A DNA stretch of 64,000 nucleotides. It comes from Chloroflexota bacterium (GTDB lineage: Bacteria > Chloroflexota > UBA11872 > VXOZ01). Numbering within the stretch: the first letter of the stretch is position 1; every line of letters starts with the position of its first letter. Shown one piece after another: positions 30,112 to 39,909 of the stretch. Below the pieces are notes generated by a model that was not told the DNA's origin, did not search any database, and saw only the letters and a list, made by a program, of their open reading frames with translations. Both the position numbers and the translations under genes were made by a program. The stretch covers positions 1,600,001 to 1,664,000 of the forward strand of contig OZ219802.1 in NCBI GenBank assembly GCA_964291655.2. Reading direction: 5' to 3'.

Positions 30112-31284
30112 CTAATGCACCGTGAGCATGCGCTCGAGGGAGACCACTGCCCAGTGCGCCACGTCGGGATCGACGCTCACCTGGTTCGTGACTTTGTCTT
30201 CCAGGAGGTCTTCCATCACCCACGCGACGTAGGCGGGATGGATGCGGTACATCGTGGAGCAGGGGCAAACGATGGGGTCGAGACAGAAGATCTTTTTATC
30301 GGGATTTTCGGTAACCATACGGTTGACCATGTTGATCTCGGTACCTACCGACCAGGCGGTACCGGCAGGAGCTTCGGTAATGGTCTTGAGGATGAACTCG
30401 GTAGAGCCGTTGTAGTCGGCGGCCTGCACCACTTCCATTGGGCACTCCGGATGGACGATCACGTTGACGTCCGGGTGCTGCCGGCGAGCGAACTCCACCT
30501 GCTTCACCGTAAAGCGCGTGTGCACCGAGCACCAGCCCTTCCAAAGAATTACTTTGGAGTTTTGCACGTCGGCCTCTGAATTGCCGCCCAGCACCGGCTC
30601 TGCCGGGTCCCAGACGACCATTTCATCGAGCGGGATGCCGAACTTCAGACCCGTGTTTCGGCCCAGATGCTGATCGGGGAAGAAGAGAATCTTCTCTCCC
30701 CGCGCCATCGCCCACTCGTAAACCGCGGCAGCATTGGAGGAGGTACACACAATACCGCCATGGGCGCCGCAGAACGCTTTGAGCGCCGCGGTGGAATTCA
30801 TATACGTAATCGGCACGATGGATTCACCAACGGCGTCGGTGAGCTGTTCCCAGCATTCCACGATGTCGTCGATGTCGGCCATGTCGGCCATGGAACAGCC
30901 GGCCGTGGGATTGGGCAGGATGACCGATTGATTGGAAGCGGTAAGAATATCGGCGCTTTCCGCCATGAAGTGCACGCCGCAGAAGATGATGTATTCAGCG
31001 TCGCGGCGGTTTGCGGCAAACGTGGCGAGCTTATACGAATCACCGCGCAGGTCGGCGTACTTAATCACCTCATCGCGTTGGTAATGGTGCCCGAGGATGA
31101 GCACGCGCTCGCCGAGTTCCTGCCGGACGGCAGCGATGCGTTGGTCTAGCTCCTCTGCAGGCAACTGCAGGTAGTGCTTTGGAATCGGCTCATTCTCGCG
31201 ACCGGCACTGCGCCGGCTGCGCAACAAGAGTCGGTGAATTCGCCGGTACTCACGCGGCGATAGCGCGTCCGCCGTGGCTGCCAT
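30112..31284 (-). CDS. nadA: quinolinate synthase
   Basis: ILGHHYQ, FCGVHFMAE, AGCSMAD, FPDQHLG, GWCSVH, VHPEC and CPCSTM motifs. Confidence 0.95.
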   Translation of the reverse strand: MAATADALSPREYRRIHRLLLRSRRSAGRENEPIPKHYLQLPAEELDQRIAAVRQELGERVLILGHHYQRDEVIKYADLRGDSYKLATFAANRRDAEYIIFCGVHFMAESADILTASNQSVILPNPTAGCSMADMADIDDIVECWEQLTDAVGESIVPITYMNSTAALKAFCGAHGGIVCTSSNAAAVYEWAMARGEKILFFPDQHLGRNTGLKFGIPLDEMVVWDPAEPVLGGNSEADVQNSKVILWKGWCSVHTRFTVKQVEFARRQHPDVNVIVHPECPMEVVQAADYNGSTEFILKTITEAPAGTAWSVGTEINMVNRMVTENPDKKIFCLDPIVCPCSTMYRIHPAYVAWVMEDLLEDKVTNQVSVDPDVAHWAVVSLERMLTVH

Positions 31285-31818
31285 GCGTGCCTATTCCCTC
31301 TTTCCCCCCTGCAGGAGCGCCACATCTTTATCCTCTGTGAAAGCGCTCACCACAGCCTTGCTTGCATTATACACTACTGCGGCGGCAAATCGACCACGAT
31401 CGTTGCTGCTGATCTGAGACTCCGGATGACTTGGAGGCGTGTCTCGGTGGCAGCCATCCAATGTCACATGAATAGGTTGGATTCCGCCAGCTACTGAGAA
31501 AGTAGACCGACCCTAACTATGCAGCGTGCCATTCACGGTGACCGCTTTCACGCATTGAGCGTCGAGCGAGAGAGGAAAATAAACCCTAGGCGTTGTGCAT
31601 GGCAGGGGCTTTGGGCCGATGCTTCACGTGCGCTGGTGGTCCTGTGCGTGCAAACCCACTGCGCAAGCGTGGGCCATGAGGACAACCCAGCGTGTCGAGC
31701 CGCCCGACCTGCGTACGTGCGGATTAGGCCGTTGGCTACCGGAGTCTGGAGGGGCAGATGGAGGCCGACGCGAGGAACTAAATAGGAGACACGTACACGC
31801 AGCCAACCCAATGGAATT

Positions 31819-32295
31819 CTAAGGAGCGGGTATGTCCTGTATTTGCCTATCCGCGGCGCGCATCAATTCCAAGCCCTGCACCACGATTTCCATCTGCTCC
31901 AATTCAAGAATGTCCGCCATCAACTGTAGTCGCTCCCGACGTATTCTCCAGAAGCGCTTTAACGCGTGCCGTCCTTTGTCGGTCAGTCTGCAGATGACGA
32001 CTCTTCGATCGCTTGGGTCCCAGGCGCGGTCCACTAATTCTTTTTCTACCAGGCGATCTACAACCGTCGTCGTGGCGGAGAGCGCTCGCCCCAAATAGGT
32101 AGCGATATTTCCCATGCGCAGGGGGCCCGATCGCTCCAGCAAGACCAACGTCTTGATCTGGGGCATGGTCATATCCAGCCCCTCCCATTCGTCAAGGCCG
32201 TACGCGTGCATCTGACGATTCAAGTAATCTACGGCATCAATGAATCGCCGAGCCAATTCAGCCTTATGTTCGTCTTGCACAGATCCACCACCCAT
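31819..32295 (-). CDS. MarR family transcriptional regulator
   Basis: MTMPQ..., TTTVVDRLVEKELV and DRRVVICRLTDKG motifs; start position uncertain. Confidence 0.85.
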   Translation of the reverse strand: MGGGSVQDEHKAELARRFIDAVDYLNRQMHAYGLDEWEGLDMTMPQIKTLVLLERSGPLRMGNIATYLGRALSATTTVVDRLVEKELVDRAWDPSDRRVVICRLTDKGRHALKRFWRIRRERLQLMADILELEQMEIVVQGLELMRAADRQIQDIPAP

Positions 32296-32783
32296 TCTCA
32301 AGAACTCCATCGTTCTTGGAACATCGTCGTTCCCTTTCGCTTGCATGATACCAGATAAATGCGCTCTTGTAGAGTAAAGTTCAATCTGACGAGATTTGTC
32401 CGGCTTCAGCACAATCTTGGTCTGGCAGATGCGATCCGGCAGTATGAAACACGAACCACAGATTCTGCTATTTCAAGCACGCGCCAGTGCCTTGCCAATC
32501 GCCCCAAAAGCGTTCGTTCGGTTCATCCAGAGTCAGCCAGCCGAAAGTCTGGCAAGTCACCGCTCCATCTTGGCTCGGCAGCGATTGCAGGTCTGCTATC
32601 TGCTCGAATTCCCTCCTTGAAATGGATTCAAGGTGAGGCGTAAATCGCCTAGCACAGTAATCCGTCTTGAACCTGGTCTGGTATAGTTTCCTAGCAGCTT
32701 GAAGGAACCTGGAACGACCTCCTTCGAATCAGACGGCCACCAAATTGGGTCCGAACAATCTTCTACGACATCCATACCTTGCC

Positions 32784-33494
32784 ATGAGCATTGAACTTAC
32801 AACTGCAATTCGTCAAAGCCTCGCTGAAAACGCTAACCCTGAGAAGGCTGCCGGCATGCGGGCGTACATGAAGTCGGCGATGCCGTACCGCGGGGTGCAG
32901 ACACCTATCCGCCGCAAACTTGTGCGCGCCGCGTTACGTGCCCATCCTATCGCTACCAGGGATGCGTGGCTCGGCGCAGTGCTCGATCTCTGGCGCAACG
33001 CTGCCTATCGCGAAGAGCGCTATGCCGCCCAGGACGTGACCGGCGCGCCGCAATTCCGCGCTTACCGCACCCTCAAAACCCTGCCGCTTTATGAGGAGAT
33101 GATTGTCAGCGGTGCATGGTGGGACCTGGTGGACGACACGGCTACGCACAAGCTCCGCGAACTCGTGGACCGCTTTCCGGCAGAGATGGCCGCCGCGATG
33201 CGTGTGTGGTGTACGGATGCTGACCTTTGGAAGCGCCGCTCGTCCATCATCTGCCAGGTGAAACGCAAGGAGGCGACCGACCTAGCCCTCCTGTTCGATT
33301 GCATCGAGCCCAACCTGGCCGATTCCGACTTCTTCATCCGCAAGGCCATCGGCTGGGCACTGCGCGACCTGGCCTGGACCGATCTGGATACGGTCGAGGA
33401 CTACGTGGCCCGCAATGCTGATCGTCTCAGCCCGCTCTCCAAGCGCGAAGCTCTCAAGAACGCCGAAACCATCCGCGCTGGAAAAGCGCGCTGA
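32784..33494 (+). CDS. DNA alkylation repair protein (AlkD-like)
   Basis: MRAYMKS, WWDLVD, FFIRKAIGWALR and LSKREALK motifs. Confidence 0.88.
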   Translation: MSIELTTAIRQSLAENANPEKAAGMRAYMKSAMPYRGVQTPIRRKLVRAALRAHPIATRDAWLGAVLDLWRNAAYREERYAAQDVTGAPQFRAYRTLKTLPLYEEMIVSGAWWDLVDDTATHKLRELVDRFPAEMAAAMRVWCTDADLWKRRSSIICQVKRKEATDLALLFDCIEPNLADSDFFIRKAIGWALRDLAWTDLDTVEDYVARNADRLSPLSKREALKNAETIRAGKAR

Positions 33495-33704
33495 ACGGAA
33501 AGCCGCTGCGACTTGCCTTACCTGGTCCTTGCCACCTCATGCCAGCGGCAGAACGTGCTTGAACGGCATTACATTGTTCTTCAGCACATCACAGCCGTGC
33601 AGCAATCGCCCTGCCACTCCTTCCGTGTCCAACGATGAGTGCCGTATGAGGCGTTGATCAGCTATTTTGTCCGGTTTTGCTTAGGAATCCCATACTTTAT
33701 CTGC

Positions 33705-33770
33705 ATTGACTGAATTTTTCACACAAAATCAATCAACTTAGTTGACTTAATTGACTGACAAAGTTAGTAT
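33705..33770 (+). promoter_or_regulatory. sigma70-like promoter overlapped by a palindrome
   Basis: TTGACT(33742)-N17-TAGTAT(33765). Palindrome TCAAC-TTA-GTTGA at 33733-33745 and three TTGACT words in an AT-rich patch. Confidence 0.5.
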
Positions 33771-33836
33771 GGGCTTGTTTGTACACACGTCTATGCAGTT
33801 TTTCATGGACTTAGTTATCGCAGGAGGGAAATACCG

Positions 33837-34790
33837 ATGCGAAACGGACTATCACGCCGGGGATTGCTCCAAATAACCGCCCTTACCGCCGGGGGCGTGC
33901 TGCTTGCCAGCGCCTGCGGTCAGGTTGTTACGCAAGAGGCAGAGGAGCCGGAAGGTCCGCTCGGCTATGCCAACCCCGATCTTCTGGTGGAGACCGACTG
34001 GCTGGCGGAGAACCTCGGCAAAGAGGGATTGCGCATCATTGACGTGCGCTCGGCGGAAGACTACGCCGCCGGTCACGTGCCCAATGCCATCAATATCCAC
34101 TCGCGAACCTTCATCGATCCCGAAAATGAAGTCAGCGGCATGCTTATTCCACCGGACGCGTTCGCTGCGCTGGTCGGCGCCGCCGGCATCGGCAGCGATT
34201 CGGAAGTCGTGGTTTACGGCAGCGGCAATATCCTTTGGGCGACCCGCGTCTTCTGGGCGCTGGAGCTCTACGGCAATAGGAATGCCAAAGTGCTCAACGG
34301 CGGCTTTGCCAAGTGGGCCGATGAAGAGCGGGATCTGTCCACCGATGTGCCGTCGTTCCCCGCGGCCACCTTTACCATCAGCTTCGATCCGTTCCTGCTC
34401 GGGACGTTCGAAGAGGTGCAGGCGGCTATCGATGACGGGAACGCGGTCATTCTGGATAATCGTTCCGCGGGTGAGTACGCCGGACGCGACGTGCGCGCCG
34501 ACCGCGGCGGTCACATCCCGGGCGCCATCAACCAGGACTGGGTGGTGTACCTTAACGGTGACGACGTGCGCACCCTAAAGTCGGCTGAAGAGCTCACAGA
34601 ACTCTTCGATTCTGCCGGCATCACTGAAGATACCGTGGTCTACGCCCACTGCCAGACCGCGGTGCGGTCGTCGGTGGCTTATTTTGTCGCGCGCCTATTG
34701 GGCTACAACAACGTCCAGAACTACGACGGCGCGTGGTCTGAGTGGGGCAACCGCGAGGATACGGAGATCAATACCGGCTCTAATCCGTAA
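33837..34790 (+). CDS. tandem-domain sulfurtransferase (rhodanese) with Tat-lipoprotein signal
   Basis: SRRGLL twin-arginine motif, LASAC lipobox, GHVPNA, GHIPGA, active-site HCQTAVRS and YDGAWSEW. Confidence 0.9.
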   Translation: MRNGLSRRGLLQITALTAGGVLLASACGQVVTQEAEEPEGPLGYANPDLLVETDWLAENLGKEGLRIIDVRSAEDYAAGHVPNAINIHSRTFIDPENEVSGMLIPPDAFAALVGAAGIGSDSEVVVYGSGNILWATRVFWALELYGNRNAKVLNGGFAKWADEERDLSTDVPSFPAATFTISFDPFLLGTFEEVQAAIDDGNAVILDNRSAGEYAGRDVRADRGGHIPGAINQDWVVYLNGDDVRTLKSAEELTELFDSAGITEDTVVYAHCQTAVRSSVAYFVARLLGYNNVQNYDGAWSEWGNREDTEINTGSNP

Positions 34791-35114
34791 ACATTGCTGC
34801 GACACTGGGCCAGGTAAATCGGAAAGGACGCATGAATCATCATGCGTCCTTTCTTCATTTCTGGGAAAGCGCGGCAAGTTGGTTTTCTCCTTCAATGGTC
34901 GCCTCGCCGCAGTTCCTGCAGCTAAACTAGGTCCTTCTTGAATGGGTTGGCACGTGCTCACTGAGCATACAAGATGGCTTCCCGTTTTCACGGGAATAAC
35001 GGACAGAATAGCGCATCTTTCGCTGTCGAATCGCATTCTTGTCGCCGTTTTGCACCCTTGCCACCGTGCCGTACTCTCGCAAAACTAACCCATGCCAAGA
35101 GTCCCCTCTCCAGA

Positions 35115-35374
35115 GGAGACCCTCGCATAACCCTACTTTCAAGCAGGGGCACTCCCTCTCCTGGGGGAGAGGGTTGGGGTGAGGGGGTCTATTGCTACGA
35201 TGACCCTTTACTCTGTGCAGTGTCAAGACGTATCAGGGCAGATTCGGTGTGCATATGGAGAGACTTCAGGAGACTCACCCTCACCCCCGTATCACGTACG
35301 GGGCAGGCTCTAGCCCTCTCCAGTCGAGGGAGAGGGGACTATTTCGCTACCGCTTGAGTTGCGCAAAGGTTTCC
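35115..35374 (+). mobile_element. GGAGA...TCC-ended MITE (copy A) carrying CCCTCTCCC-type hairpins
   Basis: TIRs GGAGACCCTCGCATAACCC / GAGTTGCGCAAAGGTTTCC. Highly similar along its length to 40776-41012, with flanks duplicated inside a hairpin. Confidence 0.75.
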
Positions 35375-35619
35375 AGAGGGAGAGGTTTAGAGCCTGCCCC
35401 ATGCGTGATACGGGGATGAAGGGAACTCTTGGGCGTTCAACCAAATTCGCCAGTGTCGCAGATGCACCGCAGACCTTACCCAGCGACTGCACTTCAGAAA
35501 AGTTTACTTGCGCTCCCCTTGTCGTTTGTCCACAATAAAAGCGGCAATACACGTATCGCACAGCGTTCACGTATCCTTTTTGAGGCTGACCCCTGCATCA
35601 ACCGGAGGAGATAGGACCC

Positions 35620-36882
35620 ATGCAGACCGTAGAGCAAGAGCAACTCGCCATCGAGGGCGGCCCCCGCACCGTAGACTACAAGTTCCCCACGAATAGCGAT
35701 ATCAGCGGACGCATGTTCGGCGATGAAGAGATCGCGGAACTAACGGACGTGATCCAGTCGGGCAATCTGAACGTGCTGGGCGGCCCCAAGGTGCGGCAAT
35801 TTGAAGAAGACTGGAAAAAGACTTTCGGCGTCAAGCATGCGGTCACCAGCACCTCCGGCACGGCCGCGCTGCACGTGGGCGTGCTGGCCGTGGGACCCAA
35901 TCCAGGTGACGAAATCATCGTGGCGCCAATCACCGACATCGGCAGCTTGATCGCCATTCTCTACCAGCTTGCCGTGCCGATCTTCGCCGACGTGGACCCG
36001 CTGACGGGCATCATCACCGCCGAGACCATCGAGCCCTGCATCACCGAGCGCACCGTCGCCATCATGGTGGTGCACCTCCAGGGCAACGCGGCAGTCATGG
36101 ACCCCATTGTGGAGTTGGCCCGCAAGCATAACCTGCTGGTGATCGAGGACTGCTCCCAGGCGCACATGGCGGCGTACAACGGCCGCTACGCCGGCACCAT
36201 CGGCGACATCGGATGTTACTCCTTCCAGCAAAGCAAGCACATGACCACCGGCGACGGCGGCATGACCGTGACGAACAACGACTACCTGGGCGAGCGCATC
36301 ATGCTGGCGCACAACAAGGGCCGCGGGCGCAGCGGTCGCGAAAGTCAGCCGCCCTTCCTGGCGCCAAATTACCGCATGACGGAATTGCAGGGCGCGGTGG
36401 CGCTGGCGCAGTTACGCAAGCTGCCGACGATTACGGGGCTGCGTACCAAGTGGGGCAATCTGCTGAGCGATCTGGTGGAGGACGTGCCCGGCATCATCCC
36501 ACCCCGCGCGCCGACGCCGGAGAGCACCCACGTCTTTTGGAATTGGTGTCCGCTCGCCAAGCTGGAGGAATTGTCCGTCGGGCTGGACGACTTATCAAAG
36601 GCGTTTGCCCATGAGGGCGTCGGCTTCGGCGCGGGCTACACCCGCACGCCCATCTACGAATACGACGTGCTGAAGAACCGCCGTTTCTTTGGCGAATCGG
36701 CCTACCCGCTGCTCGATCCCGCCAGCGGCCGCGACGTGCGCTACTACACCGGCATGTGCCCGAACGCCGAAGGCATCCTGAAGCGCATGCTCGTGCGGCA
36801 CATCAACGAGAAGTGCACCGAGGAAATGGTCCACGACATGGCGAAAGCCATCCGCAAGGTGTTCACGCACTACGCGAAGTAG
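35620..36882 (+). CDS. DegT/DnrJ/EryC1/StrS family aminotransferase
   Basis: TSGTAALH, IEDCSQAH, YSFQQSKHMTTGDGG and NYRMTELQGA motifs. Confidence 0.93.
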   Translation: MQTVEQEQLAIEGGPRTVDYKFPTNSDISGRMFGDEEIAELTDVIQSGNLNVLGGPKVRQFEEDWKKTFGVKHAVTSTSGTAALHVGVLAVGPNPGDEIIVAPITDIGSLIAILYQLAVPIFADVDPLTGIITAETIEPCITERTVAIMVVHLQGNAAVMDPIVELARKHNLLVIEDCSQAHMAAYNGRYAGTIGDIGCYSFQQSKHMTTGDGGMTVTNNDYLGERIMLAHNKGRGRSGRESQPPFLAPNYRMTELQGAVALAQLRKLPTITGLRTKWGNLLSDLVEDVPGIIPPRAPTPESTHVFWNWCPLAKLEELSVGLDDLSKAFAHEGVGFGAGYTRTPIYEYDVLKNRRFFGESAYPLLDPASGRDVRYYTGMCPNAEGILKRMLVRHINEKCTEEMVHDMAKAIRKVFTHYAK

Positions 36883-36957
36883 GGGGATCAGTAAGGTTCT
36901 TGGCACGCGGGAACTCTTGGATGTTGCAAACACTGGGTTGCATTTGTTGTCATTCCC

Positions 36958-37211
36958 TGCAATTGTCAGGTTATTCATTGACAGATTTGAGAATACAAGC
37001 AACTGAACGCAGTACTCTACATGAACAGTACACATGTCATTCCGAGCGGAGCGCAGCGAAGAGTCGCTCGGAGCGCGGAATCTAAGAATTTGAGCCTATT
37101 GGACGACACGTTGCATGGGCCCTAGATTCCTCGTTCCGCTCGAAATGACATGATCTGTCAACACTGCAAATTTGGGAGAGAATTCTGTCAACGAATTACT
37201 CAACGCTTACA
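36958..37211 (+). mobile_element. TGTA-ended MITE (copy 2)
   Basis: Ends TGCAATTGTCAGGTTATTCATTGACAG and CTGTCAACGAATTACTCAACGCTTACA. It interrupts a GTCATTCC|GAGCG..GGAATCT REP; the duplication is degenerate. Confidence 0.8.
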
Positions 37212-37502
37212 ATACCGAGCGAAGCGTCAAACCCTGTTCGCGGAATCTAGGCACCCTGCCAAGTGGACTGAATTCGCTTGCCCTAGAATGCTGAGAGGTG
37301 AGCGCCCTTGACCGTCGTTCCTGTGAGAGCGGGGTTCCAAGGGCAGGTCGTTGGTGCCAATGCCGTCTATATTGACGAGTTGAATAACTAGGTAGGGGCA
37401 TCGGTTGTGCCAAGAGGCGGGGGACAAGCCCCCGCGCTACGTTCCGCTAAGGAGAGCCGGACGCACACTGGCAAATGCCCAGCGGGAGAAAGCGAGTAAA
37501 GC

Positions 37503-38417
37503 GTGAAAATCTACATCTTTGCCGACCAAGAGGGCGTGGCCGGGGTCTTCAACCGCCGGGAAGGCTACCTGAACGCCAGCGAGTACGCCACCATGGAACT
37601 GGCGGCGATCTGCGAAGCGCTCCTGGACAACGGCGTCACGGAAATCGTCCTGAACACCATCCACATCATGGAGTACCACAAGCTGCCTAAACCGGTGCAA
37701 GTTATTCACGGCCTGCCCCGGCACGACATCTTCACCGAACTGCTCGACGAGAGCTTCGACGCCGGTATGCTTGTCGGCTTTCATGAGATGGCCGGCAACC
37801 GCGAGAAGGGCTGCTGGCGCCACAGTATTCTTCCTCACCCAATTACGCGCGCTTATAGTGCGGTTGAAGGCATCTGGCTGAACGACCTGCTCGTCGGCGA
37901 AATCGGCATCTTTGTAGCGTTCGCGGGCATTCACAATGTGCCGGCGGTGCTCAACACAGGCGACTACTGGGCCTGCCTGGAAGCGGAAGACCTGGTGCCC
38001 GGCATCGAGACGGTGGCGGTGAAGAAAGGCACCAGCCACTTCAGCGCCATCTCCATGACGCCTCAGGCCGCGGCGGAGGCGGCGGCGGAAGGCGCGGTGC
38101 GGGCGCTGGGCAAGATCGGCGTGGTCAAACCCCTCAAGCTGGAAGGACCGGTGACGCTCAAGGTGAAGTACACCTTCGCCGAGCGCGCTACCGACGCTAT
38201 GAGCACGGTGGCAGGCGCCTTTCGCATCGACGAACACACCGTCGCGGCCACGTATCCGAGCATCGCCGCGGTACGCGACAACCTGGGCAACCTGCGCGCG
38301 CCTGAGATGGAAATCTACGCGAAAGACTCCGGCTTTGCTCAAACCACCGGCTTCTTCACCCGCACCGGCGGCGAACCGTACGAGAGCAAACCGACCTATC
38401 CGCCGCCGTCGAGGTAA
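37503..38417 (+). CDS. peptidase M55 (D-aminopeptidase DppA-like) family protein
   Basis: KIYIFADQEGVAG, LVGFH, GEIG, GD and VAVKKG motifs. Confidence 0.8.
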   Translation: MKIYIFADQEGVAGVFNRREGYLNASEYATMELAAICEALLDNGVTEIVLNTIHIMEYHKLPKPVQVIHGLPRHDIFTELLDESFDAGMLVGFHEMAGNREKGCWRHSILPHPITRAYSAVEGIWLNDLLVGEIGIFVAFAGIHNVPAVLNTGDYWACLEAEDLVPGIETVAVKKGTSHFSAISMTPQAAAEAAAEGAVRALGKIGVVKPLKLEGPVTLKVKYTFAERATDAMSTVAGAFRIDEHTVAATYPSIAAVRDNLGNLRAPEMEIYAKDSGFAQTTGFFTRTGGEPYESKPTYPPPSR

Positions 38418-38706
38418 AACCGCCATAGCCAGGTAGCTGAAATGTAACGTGTTGATTTAGCCAGTCCTGGCTACGAGCACTTGATAGACATGTGTGCAGC
38501 GCCTAGCATGTCATTCAATGCCCTATCGCAGTTCTCTGTTGCGCTTGAATTCACGCTCTCGCGTAAGATTCGCGTGGCGAGCTACCCACTCTCCTAGGTT
38601 CATTCAAGACTCTCCACTTTATTGCCCAACCACTAATCAAGGTTCATCAAGACATTGCTTGATGACGTAGTGAGAGCTACAATTGTGACTTAGGAGGGAA
38701 CCGACC

Positions 38707-38934
38707 ATGTCGACAAAAATGCAGAAATTCTCCAGCCAGGCTGACTCTGAGCTTCTGGCTGCTCTTCGCGCAATAGCCAAACAGGATGGGCGACACTTTC
38801 AAGCAATTCTGGAAGATGCCATGCGCGACTACATAGAAGCGCGCAGACATGACAAGCCCCGCACCGCTGTCATGGCGCACTTCCGGGCTAGCCTTGAAAA
38901 GAATCGCCGTCTAGGTGAGTTGCTGGCCAAGTGA
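38707..38934 (+). CDS. putative antitoxin (RHH-like)
   Basis: 75 aa with a strong RBS; its stop overlaps the Doc toxin start (GTGA). Confidence 0.75.
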   Translation: MSTKMQKFSSQADSELLAALRAIAKQDGRHFQAILEDAMRDYIEARRHDKPRTAVMAHFRASLEKNRRLGELLAK

Positions 38935-39320
38935 AGAGTGAGTTTCCAACGCCAGGGGAGGTCATCGCTATTCATGCTCAGTCAATACTGGAATTCGGCG
39001 GGATCCCCGGCATTCGCGACGAAGCTGCATTGGCATCGGCGCTCATGCGCCCACAACTGGGCTATTACACTGGCGTAGTTCAGGAGGCAGCAGCATTGAT
39101 GGAAAGTCTTGCAAACAATCACCCTTTCATTGACGGCAACAAACGCGCCGCCTTCTACGTAACCGACACTTTTCTTCGCATGAATGGATACTTCATTGAC
39201 TGCGAGGGAGAAGCTGCTTACAAGTACTTCATGGCGTTGTTTGAGGCAGGCTCGTTCCGTTACGCGGCTTTGGAGACATGGTTGAAGGAAAACGTCAAGG
39301 CTTTGCCCACGTTTCAATAA
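38931..39320 (+). CDS. death-on-curing (Doc) family toxin
   Basis: FGGIPGIRD, SALMRP and NHPFIDGNKRAA (Doc-type Fic motif). Confidence 0.9.
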   Translation: MKSEFPTPGEVIAIHAQSILEFGGIPGIRDEAALASALMRPQLGYYTGVVQEAAALMESLANNHPFIDGNKRAAFYVTDTFLRMNGYFIDCEGEAAYKYFMALFEAGSFRYAALETWLKENVKALPTFQ

Positions 39321-39374
39321 ACGGAAGCAAACCGCACTGCCCGTGGAAGCAATTCAGCAAGTACCCAGAGATAA

Positions 39375-39416
39375 CAAAAGGAGCGCCCGGTGCTCGTGCA
39401 CCGCAAGCGCTCCTTC
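39375..39416 (-). terminator. intrinsic terminator
   Basis: The minus strand reads AAGGAGCGC..CGGTGC-ACGA-GCACCG..GCGCTCCTTTTGTT. Confidence 0.7.
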
Positions 39417-39515
39417 AATATCCCTTAGGCCGCTCCGTGGTCTCGTTACCGAGACCTGACGGAGGCGGCCCTGGATTTACAACTTACATCCATGGGCATC
39501 ACCTCCTTTCTCTTG
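39375..39515 (-). ncRNA. candidate small RNA / small-ORF transcript
   Basis: TAGACA-N18-TATGAT promoter, AGAAAGGAGGTGAT SD, a 15-codon ORF, a long hairpin and an intrinsic terminator. Confidence 0.45.
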
Positions 39516-39600
39516 TGAAATATCATACAATACCGGCGGGCGCGCTGTCTAGCTCGGAATGACAGTGTTTCTTCCCTCCTCACCCCGGCACTCGCCCCCA

Positions 39601-39739
39601 GGAGAACTTCGCGTTACTCCGTCATTCCGGCGCAAGCCGGAATCCAGGGCGCCTTTACACCTAGAGATAGCATGATTTCAAGTCATTTCACCCCCATCCC
39701 AACCTTCCCCCATAGGTAAAGGGTTATGCGAAGGTCTCC
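39601..39739 (+). mobile_element. short member of the GGAGA...TCTCC MITE family with different cargo
   Basis: Ends GGAGAACTTCGCGTTACTC / GGGTTATGCGAAGGTCTCC, with CCCCAGG repeated across both junctions. Confidence 0.6.
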
Positions 39740-39909
39740 CCAGGAAGAAGGGAGGCCGTCTCACCGCGGCAGCACAGGTTGCGCGGTACTTTCCACGGAG
39801 AGCGCGTACATCTTGCCCACTTAGGGAAAGGTAGCGCGGGTCTCACCGGGCTAAGGTGGAGTAATCTACGCCTGCGGCGTGGGTCGCGCAGAAGACGCCG
39901 TGCAGCAGG

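Noticed and set aside
31290-31815. Possible riboswitch or gene between nadA and MarR
   Set aside because: Some hairpins are present (~31415-31485) but there is no recognisable aptamer, and the short ORFs lack coding character.
39495-39512. 16S rRNA gene fragment
   Set aside because: Only the terminal 14 nt match; the flanks show no rRNA similarity.
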